DNA from: an uncultured Chloroflexia bacterium
GTDB lineage: Bacteria; Chloroflexota; Dehalococcoidia; SZUA-161
Assembly (NCBI GenBank): GCA_963847595.1
Contig: CAWKAJ010000003.1
Span: 36,979 to 100,978, forward strand
Length of the DNA stretch: 64,000 nucleotides
Reading direction: 5' to 3'
Shown here: one piece after another, positions 57,180 through 64,000 of the stretch
Position numbering within the stretch: the first letter of the stretch is position 1
Layout of the letters: the number at the start of each line of letters is the position of its first letter
Notes under the pieces: generated by a model
The model's database searches: none
The model's input: only the letters and a program-made list of their open reading frames with translations
What the model was told of the DNA's origin: nothing
Made by a program: the position numbers and the translations under genes

Positions 57180-57761
57180 CTAATATGTAGGGGGAGCCCC
57201 TATCTGGCTCTTATCGAACTTGTCTTTGGATACGATCTCCGAAAGCTCCTTCCTTCTCGGGGCTATCGGCTGTGTATCGGGATAACCTAGCGGAGTCATC
57301 TCCACCACCACGGCTCCATCGGGCACGTCGAGTATTCTCGCCACTTCTTTGGCATCGAACAGGCCGAGGTGCACAGTGCCCAGGCCGAGGGCATGAGCCG
57401 CCAGTGTCAGATTCTGCATTGCCAACGCCGTATCGAACATAAACCAGTCGCCCTTGTCTGTCTCCAGCTTGCCCCTGCGGTATCCCGACTTCCCCAGTTC
57501 GGCACAGGCAACGATTACAATCGGAGCATCCCTGACAGCCATAGCCCCCCGGTTCTCCTTGAGCTTCAGGGTATCCGACAGCTTTGCTTTCAACTCGGGG
57601 TCTCGCACCACAATGAACCTCCAGCACTGGGTATTCGCCCAGGATGGAGCCCATCTGGCAGCCTCGAGGACTGTCTCCAAATCCTGGTCGCTCACCGGGT
57701 CAGTCTTGTACTTGCGAACAGCCCTTCTTCCCTTTATAGCCTGCATTAAATCCATAGCCAT
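57180..57761 (-). CDS. nitroreductase family protein
   Basis: RRAVRKY, APSWANTQCW, GLGT and GYP motifs. Confidence 0.93.
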   Translation of the reverse strand: MAMDLMQAIKGRRAVRKYKTDPVSDQDLETVLEAARWAPSWANTQCWRFIVVRDPELKAKLSDTLKLKENRGAMAVRDAPIVIVACAELGKSGYRRGKLETDKGDWFMFDTALAMQNLTLAAHALGLGTVHLGLFDAKEVARILDVPDGAVVVEMTPLGYPDTQPIAPRRKELSEIVSKDKFDKSQIGAPPTY

Positions 57762-57947
57762 CCCCCGCTTAACACCACCTTGTCAAGACCCGACAAAGCT
57801 ATATTGTGCCTCACTTTGCGGAATGTGTCAAGGTGAACAGAAAGTTGGTAGTGTATCATTTTGAAAATAGCGATGCGCAAATGGCAGTTAGAAAGGGGGA
57901 TGCAGTAAGAAAGTCAGACATGATGACCAATTGGGCTAGCTATATGC

Positions 57948-58608
57948 CTATTTATAAACTCTGAAGCTCTGAAGTATATTGTAGAATGTCTCCTTATAAT
58001 AGCTATAATTTTCGGGCACCGTTGCGCAGCTAATCGTCCAGTGATTATTAGCCTTCAGCAAATTCATCGAGATGCAGTGAAGCTTACTAATACTAGTATT
58101 ATTGGTTACGTTTCCGATTTTATTGGGCACCGCTATCTCACATTCGTCAATTATTGCTTCTTCTCCTCCCACAGTTATTCTTAGACTGGGATAGTTCATG
58201 AAAATTTGGATACAAAGACTTCTCTGTGCGAATTGCAGCATCTACTATGCTGTCAAGTGTCTGCAGATTCGCAGGTATTGGTTCCACACTGATGTCCATG
58301 CTGGGGAATCCTCCATAGTTCGTTGGGTCATGTGCCCAAAATACTACTTGGAGACTGTCTACAGGTGCGTGCGAACTGAGGCTAGTGAGATAGTCCTTTG
58401 CCTTCTGCTCCAACTCCGGCAGCATCGAGAGGGGAGTCTCCCAATCTGCGGGGTAAGATATAGAGAAGGTTCCTGTATCGTCAGTGTAAGTGGTGAAATT
58501 GGGGGGGATTGTCGGCTCAGGTATAGAACTTTTCCCCGAACAGCCTATGCCACCTACAGCAACAGCTATGGTTAGCCAGATAACCAGAAGAGTAGTTAGC
58601 TTGCGCAT
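57948..58608 (-). pseudogene. frameshifted lipoprotein with PsbP/DcrB-like domain
   Basis: Lipobox GIGC and FSISYPADW. The frame changes near 58180 and continues ITVGGEEA...FYNILQSFRV. Confidence 0.7.
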
Positions 58609-58806
58609 GTCCGCTTTTCCTTATGTATCCAAGGTTACGACATTCTACCACGAAATATGTTGCTAGCGCAAGAACTGATTACTTGGCTTCAGAGGCTTGG
58701 TCGGTCAATCTCACGATTTCTTCTATACTCCAAACGTGGTCTGTCAATCCTGTTGCCATAGCTGGTGTTCTCGGATAGGGATTAGCCAATTTCAAAATAC
58801 TACAAA

Positions 58807-58840
58807 AGCGGGCGATTCGCCACTGGCGAATCGCCCGCTA
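58807..58840. repeat. REP-like palindrome, probably also terminating the thiolase operon
   Basis: AGCGGGCGATTCGCCA-C-TGGCGAATCGCCCGCT hairpin next to an AAAA tract. Confidence 0.7.
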
Positions 58841-58864
58841 TATGCCTCGATGTTTATTTACGCT

Positions 58865-60043
58865 CTATAGTCCGATGATGAGCACGCTAACCGTGTTGCT
58901 GACCGGGATGCCGCCGAGATTATGAGTTAGGCCGAGCTTCGGGTTCTTTATCTGGCGCTTGTCGGCCTTGCCCTGTAGCTGGAGATACATCTCAAACAGC
59001 ATCCTTACGCCGCTGGCTCCGATAGGATGCCCGAAAGACTTCAAGCCTCCGTCGGGCTGCACTGGCAGACCTCCGGTCAGGTCGAAGAACCCGGACTCGA
59101 TATCCTGCTTGACCTTACCCTTGGGGCTGAACTTGAGGTCTTCGCAGGTAACAGCCTCGGTTATGCTGAAGCAGTCGTGAAGCTCAGCCATGCTTATCTC
59201 TTCGCGCGGGTTCTTTATCCCGGCCTCGGCATAAGCAGCTTCACCGGCCCTTACGGTTGCCTTCACGGTGGTGAAGTCGTAGTCGGCCCTGAGCTCGCCC
59301 TCGCTGGGGCACACGGAAATCTGTAATGCCTTGACATAAACAGGGTCGGGCCTGTATTTTTTCGCCATGTCAGCTCTACATACGATAGCGGCTGCTGCTC
59401 CGTCGCTGACGCCGCAGCAGTCGAAAAGTCCCAGCGGCCAGGCAACTATGGGCGCGTTCATTACCTGCTCAATAGTCACCTCTCTGCGCAGGTGCGCTCT
59501 CGGGTTCAGGGTGCCGTTGTGATGGCTTTTCACCGAGACCAGACCTATCATCCTCTTGCCCTCTTCGGGGCTCAGCTTGTACTTGGAGAAATATGTTGTA
59601 GCCATCAAGGCAAACATGCCCGGGGCGGTACGGTCGGGATACCTGTTGCTGGGCAGACTCTGCTGGTCGGGGAGTCCGCTCCAGCCGGAGTCCTTCAACT
59701 TCTCGAAGCCGACGGCGAGGCAGATGTCATAGGCGCCGGCTGCTACTGCGTAGCAGGCGTTTCTGAAAGCATCCGACCCCGAGGCGCAGGCGTTCTCCAC
59801 CCTGGTGACGGGTATGTACTGCAGCTTCAAGGGGTCAGCCAGACAGCGCCCATCGAAGCCGGATACCCAAGTGCCTCCCCAGGCGGCCTCTAAATCCTTA
59901 GTCTCCAGCTTAGCATCTATCAGCGCATCCCTGACCGCCTCATAAATTAAGTCATTTTTGCTTTTATCCCAATGCTCACCGAACTTGGTGCAGCCCATGC
60001 CAATGATTGCAACTTTGTCTCTAATACCTTTGATGCTCCCCAT
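58865..60043 (-). CDS. thiolase-family protein (archaeal/SCP2/PhlC-type)
   Basis: VENACASG, DGAAA, ELHDCF and GHPIGASG motifs. Confidence 0.92.
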   Translation of the reverse strand: MGSIKGIRDKVAIIGMGCTKFGEHWDKSKNDLIYEAVRDALIDAKLETKDLEAAWGGTWVSGFDGRCLADPLKLQYIPVTRVENACASGSDAFRNACYAVAAGAYDICLAVGFEKLKDSGWSGLPDQQSLPSNRYPDRTAPGMFALMATTYFSKYKLSPEEGKRMIGLVSVKSHHNGTLNPRAHLRREVTIEQVMNAPIVAWPLGLFDCCGVSDGAAAAIVCRADMAKKYRPDPVYVKALQISVCPSEGELRADYDFTTVKATVRAGEAAYAEAGIKNPREEISMAELHDCFSITEAVTCEDLKFSPKGKVKQDIESGFFDLTGGLPVQPDGGLKSFGHPIGASGVRMLFEMYLQLQGKADKRQIKNPKLGLTHNLGGIPVSNTVSVLIIGL

Positions 60044-60088
60044 TTACCCTCCTTAGTAGTCTATAGCAATTCTGGTTGCATCTCTGTT

Positions 60089-61513
60089 TTAGCACCTGAT
60101 GGGTGCGCACTTCCACCAGTAGTTGTGAATCCCCTCCCAGTAGTGGACCTGTCTGAATACCATCTCTAACGGCATGCCTGTCTTCACCTCTTCGGGGTCG
60201 CGGTCGGTCATATTGAATATGATTCTGCCGCCCTCCACGAAGTCAACCGCTGCAATGGTCGTCGGCGGGTCTATGCTGGCTGCCAGGTTGTCATGGGAGA
60301 AGGAAGTGAGCGTGGCCTTCACATCGGTGAAGTGGTAGGGCTCAAAATTGTCCTGCGCCTGGCAGATAACGCATACGCGCTGAGGTGGATACTGGGGAGT
60401 CTTGCAGTTCTTGCATCGCTGGCCGGTGAGTGAAAGTCCCCACTCGCGGTCTCTCCACAGCGCCGGCACAGATATGTGGTTTATGGGAGGGCGTGAGGGC
60501 GGGTCTGTTTCCATCAGCCCGCGCCAGAGCACGTATTTCAGGTAGTTGGGTATCATCTTCTTGGCTTCGAGGTGACGCTTTATGCCTCTTCTGTCCTTGA
60601 TCTTCTCGATGCCCTCGGTTGTTTTCATGATTAAAACATCGCAGCCATCGCCGTATCCCACGCACATCAGCCTGTCGCCGGCCTTGGCGTCTTCCATAGC
60701 TGCCACCAGCATCATCAGAGGAAGCGCTGCGCCAGTATTGCCCACCGTCATGAACATGGGGTCTTGAAGCTGTGCCATGGGGTCAAACCCTATTTTCCCT
60801 GCCACGTTTCCCAGCAGCCTGGGGTCGGCGGCGAAGATAGCGGCCTTGGTAATATCTGCTGCGGCCACTTTGCACTGCTTCATGGCTACGCCAATAGCTT
60901 CGGGAACGAGCTTGGTGTACCCGGCCTCGCGAATGAATCGCTCTTCCCAGGAGCGAACGAAGGTGTCTTTGTCAGAACGCCAATTCTCGTGAAATTCCTG
61001 GAAGATGGCATAGCTGCCTTCGATATTGGCCGCTACTCCGGTGCTCGTTACCAGGAAAGCGGCGGCACCATCACCGAAGGTTATCTCTTTATCGCCCTTA
61101 GGAGCCCCCAGTCGGGTCTCACCGCAGGTGACCAGAACGCATTTAGCTGCCTTAGCATCCACAGCATCTATAGCTGCTCTCAGGGCATTTGTCCCTGCCC
61201 TCAGAGAGCCGGCGAAGTCCATGGCGTATAAATCCCTGCGCAGTCCCAGCGCACCGGCCACGATAGATGCCGCCATCTTCTCCTTGTAAGGAGAGGTTGT
61301 AGAAGCAAAATACAAACGGTCAACCTTGCTGCGGTCGACACCTTTAAGGCAGTCCCTGGCGGCTGCGACGGCCATCGTTATGCTGTCTTCGTCATAATAG
61401 GCAACCGCTTTTTCGCCCGGGACTGGAAACATACCACCCCACGCGGTGTTAATTTCGGCTCGATTTAATCGGTATAGTGGTATGTATGCACCATATGATG
61501 CAATCCCTGCCAT
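60089..61513 (-). CDS. HMG-CoA-synthase-like domain fused to DUF35 (Zn ribbon + OB fold)
   Basis: DEDSITMA, GDGAAA, GNTGAA, YGDG, then CxxC...CxxC and OB fold. The catalytic Cys position reads SLRAG. Confidence 0.88.
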   Translation of the reverse strand: MAGIASYGAYIPLYRLNRAEINTAWGGMFPVPGEKAVAYYDEDSITMAVAAARDCLKGVDRSKVDRLYFASTTSPYKEKMAASIVAGALGLRRDLYAMDFAGSLRAGTNALRAAIDAVDAKAAKCVLVTCGETRLGAPKGDKEITFGDGAAAFLVTSTGVAANIEGSYAIFQEFHENWRSDKDTFVRSWEERFIREAGYTKLVPEAIGVAMKQCKVAAADITKAAIFAADPRLLGNVAGKIGFDPMAQLQDPMFMTVGNTGAALPLMMLVAAMEDAKAGDRLMCVGYGDGCDVLIMKTTEGIEKIKDRRGIKRHLEAKKMIPNYLKYVLWRGLMETDPPSRPPINHISVPALWRDREWGLSLTGQRCKNCKTPQYPPQRVCVICQAQDNFEPYHFTDVKATLTSFSHDNLAASIDPPTTIAAVDFVEGGRIIFNMTDRDPEEVKTGMPLEMVFRQVHYWEGIHNYWWKCAPIRC

Positions 61514-61584
61514 TTGCCCTCCTTTTAGCAACTTTCGCCGTTCATTATAGCATTTTGTGCTTTCGTTCACAATGCCTTGTATGT

Positions 61585-61667
61585 GTAGCGTCGCCCGCCT
61601 CAGGCGGGCGACGCTACATTTTGGCACGTTTAGGGGCGTCCTTCCCATTTGGGAAGGACGCCCCTGC
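61585..61667. repeat. pair of GTAG-type REP palindromes
   Basis: GTAGCGTCGCCCGCC-TCA-GGCGGGCGACGCTAC and AGGGGCGTCCTTCCCA-TT-TGGGAAGGACGCCCCT. Confidence 0.85.
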
Positions 61668-61688
61668 AATATTCCTGGCTGTTTTCGG

Positions 61689-62894
61689 CTAGTGCCCTAC
61701 GATGATTATGCTGACTACGCTTCTGTAGGGGATGCCGCCCAGATTATGGGTGAGGCCATACTTGGGATTTTTCAATTGTCTCTTGTCAGCCTTGCCCTGA
61801 AGCTGTTTGTACATTTCATAGATCATGCGAATCCCGGAAGCGCCGATAGGATGGCCGAAACACTTCAGACCCCCGTCGGGTTGACAGGGCTGCGCCCCGT
61901 CCAGATTGAAACGGCCCCCCATTATATCGTCCATCACCTTACCCCGGGGGCTGAACTGCAAGTCCTCCATGGTCACTGCCTCCGTGATTGAGAAGCAATC
62001 GTGGACCTCGGACATGCTGATCTCTTCGCGAGGGTTCTTTATCCCTGCCTCGGCGTACGCTCTTGCTGCGGCGCGTGTAGTAGTTTCCACGTGGGTATAG
62101 TCGTAATCCGTGAACATCTGCTCCTCACCGGAAGTTGCAGCGATCTGGAGGGATTTAACGTAGACAGGATCGCTCCGGAACTGCTTTGCCATATCCGCGC
62201 GGCAGACAATAGCTGCTGCCGACCCGTCGCTCACGCCGCAGCAGTCAAACAATCCCAGGGGCCATGCCACAATGGGGGCATTCATTATTTGTTCGACAGT
62301 GACTTCTCTACGCAGGTGAGCCTTCGGGTTCAAAGCACCGTTATGATGGCTCTTGGCTGATACTGCAGCCAGCATTTTCTTGCCATCCTGTGCGCTGATG
62401 CCATACCTCATGAAGTATCTGGTAGCCAGCATGGCGAACATCCCCGGCGCGGTCTGGTTGGCTCCAATAATCCTGTTTTTGGTGCCTATGGTGGAGTAGT
62501 GCGAGAATTCTGGAAGTCCCCCATAGCCCGAATCCTTGAGCTTCTCCACGCCCAGCGCCATGGCAATGTCGCAAGCACCTGCAGCCACGGCATAGCAGGC
62601 AGCTCTGAAGGCTTCCGAGCCGCTGGCACACATGTTTTCGACCCTGGTCACGGGAATGTAGGGCAGCTTTAAAGTCTCAGCCAGAGGGCAAGCGCTATCT
62701 CCTACGCTAACTGCAACGAATTCGGGGCCGCCCTGCCAGGCAGCTTGAATGTCCTTTTTCTCTATCTTGGCATCATCAAGAGCTTCTTTAAAAGAATCGA
62801 CCATCAGGTCTTCCGGGCCCTTGTCCCAGAGTTCCCCAAATCGAGTGCATCCCATTCCGATAATGGCGACTTTATCTTTTATTCCAGGAGCCAC
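61689..62894 (-). CDS. thiolase-family protein, second paralog
   Basis: VENMCASG, EVHDCF, GHPIGASG. Highly similar to 58865..60043. Confidence 0.92.
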   Translation of the reverse strand: MAPGIKDKVAIIGMGCTRFGELWDKGPEDLMVDSFKEALDDAKIEKKDIQAAWQGGPEFVAVSVGDSACPLAETLKLPYIPVTRVENMCASGSEAFRAACYAVAAGACDIAMALGVEKLKDSGYGGLPEFSHYSTIGTKNRIIGANQTAPGMFAMLATRYFMRYGISAQDGKKMLAAVSAKSHHNGALNPKAHLRREVTVEQIMNAPIVAWPLGLFDCCGVSDGSAAAIVCRADMAKQFRSDPVYVKSLQIAATSGEEQMFTDYDYTHVETTTRAAARAYAEAGIKNPREEISMSEVHDCFSITEAVTMEDLQFSPRGKVMDDIMGGRFNLDGAQPCQPDGGLKCFGHPIGASGIRMIYEMYKQLQGKADKRQLKNPKYGLTHNLGGIPYRSVVSIIIVGH

Positions 62895-62931
62895 CTTTAC
62901 CTCCTTCTTATCGTTCTAATTCCCACCGTCA

Positions 62932-63999
62932 CTATGCTCTCGGTGGCACTGCTTTCCAGAAATAGCCGTGAATGCCTCGTACCGCATCAACGTATTTCCT
63001 GCGAAAGGACATTTCCATCAGCATATCCACGGCCAGCGAATTCATTTCGCAATCCGTGATATTGAAGGCGTACCTTCCTCCTCCCTCGAAGTCCAGGACG
63101 CCGTACATTTCAGGAGGGCTGACGCTGTAGGCCAGACTGTCGGCGGTGTAGCTGAACAGTTTAGCCTTCTTGTCGGAGAAGCGGTAATACTCCATTTCGT
63201 CAATTTTCCCGCACTTCGGATTTACGCACACCCTTTGATAAGGATACTGGGGAGTGCCGCAGTGCTTGCACTTGCATCCATTGAGGGCTAATATGACCCT
63301 TCGTTCCCGCCACGCCAGCGTCAACCTGGTGGGGCCGACCTCGCCGCGGAACCCGGCCTCCATGGGGATAACATCGCGGAAGGATAAATATCTCTCGTAG
63401 TTGGCCAGGTCTTTCCGGGAAGCAAGGTGCTTCTTAATTCCTCTCCGGTTCCTCGCCTTCTCTATGTGGTCGGTCACCTGGAAGAACATAGTGTCGCTGC
63501 CGTTGCCATAGCTCGTCACAAGGATTTTGTCGCCCGGCTTGGCGTCTTCGAGCGCGGCGACCAGCATCATCAGTGAGTTGGCGGTGCCGGTATCGCCTAC
63601 GGTGGTCAGTATCTCTTTCTGGACCTGCTTCTCGTCGAGTTGCAGTGCCTTCGCTATCCCCTGGTGCTCCCTGAGATAGACGCAGGGAATAACGACCTTG
63701 GCGAAATCCTTGATGTTCAGCTTGTATTTCTTCAATAAGCCGTTGATAGCTTCAGGGATGAACTTGGTGTAGCCTTCGTCTCGAACCCACCTATCTTCCC
63801 ACATGCGGTTGAACTTTTCGCCGTCCGCTCGCCACTGGTCCCCGAAGTCATATGTAAGGGAATAAGAACCCTCCAGGGTGGCGATGACGTCGCTATCGCC
63901 TACCATCAAGGCTGCACCGCCTTCCCCGAAAATGACCTCCTGGGCACTGCCCGGCCTGCCCAGACGGCAATCGGAGGCACAGACTACAATATTTTTCTC
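62932..63999 (-). CDS. HMG-CoA-synthase-like/DUF35 fusion, second paralog (5' end outside window)
   Basis: Frame stays open to the window edge (EKNIVVCASDCRLG...GEGGAAL). YGNG and CxxC...CxxxxC. Confidence 0.88.
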   Translation of the reverse strand, partial: EKNIVVCASDCRLGRPGSAQEVIFGEGGAALMVGDSDVIATLEGSYSLTYDFGDQWRADGEKFNRMWEDRWVRDEGYTKFIPEAINGLLKKYKLNIKDFAKVVIPCVYLREHQGIAKALQLDEKQVQKEILTTVGDTGTANSLMMLVAALEDAKPGDKILVTSYGNGSDTMFFQVTDHIEKARNRRGIKKHLASRKDLANYERYLSFRDVIPMEAGFRGEVGPTRLTLAWRERRVILALNGCKCKHCGTPQYPYQRVCVNPKCGKIDEMEYYRFSDKKAKLFSYTADSLAYSVSPPEMYGVLDFEGGGRYAFNITDCEMNSLAVDMLMEMSFRRKYVDAVRGIHGYFWKAVPPRA

Positions 64000-64000
64000 C

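Overview
64 kb of bacterial chromosome, most consistent with an anaerobic Chloroflexota (Dehalococcoidia-like) genome. That assignment is an inference from gene content and style; no database was searched. Bases 1-3.9 kb are unlike the rest and look like the edge of an accessory element. They hold a 173-aa hypothetical gene enclosed by ~30-bp inverted repeats that overlap two start-codon hairpins, two decayed copies of a divergent small-gene pair, a duplicated ~370-bp palindrome-rich block, and a 36-bp-period TGATATCA array. The remainder holds Mg transport (atypical corA, a corA remnant, frameshifted mgtA), an ABC exporter, a DMSO-reductase-family enzyme, two ADP-forming acyl-CoA ligase alpha subunits, treT, a rubrerythrin/glutaredoxin/FTR-rubredoxin cluster, a Lon-like protease, a DUF134/Mrp/IscU operon and greA-lysS-serS. 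It also holds two different IS elements stacked at one 5-bp target next to the greA -35 box, a multi-PAS two-component cluster, speB/speD, holB, an unannotated bS22-like ribosomal protein, and tandem HMGCS-like-DUF35/thiolase pairs. Many REP-like palindromes are scattered throughout. The best leads are (1) a putative long-range RNA switch or invertible cassette at 35-689, (2) the repeat-rich duplicated module at 0.9-3.5 kb, (3) the tandem IS hotspot, and (4) an unnamed ~100-aa domain shared by a DivIVA-like scaffold and a response regulator whose genes share an upstream motif.
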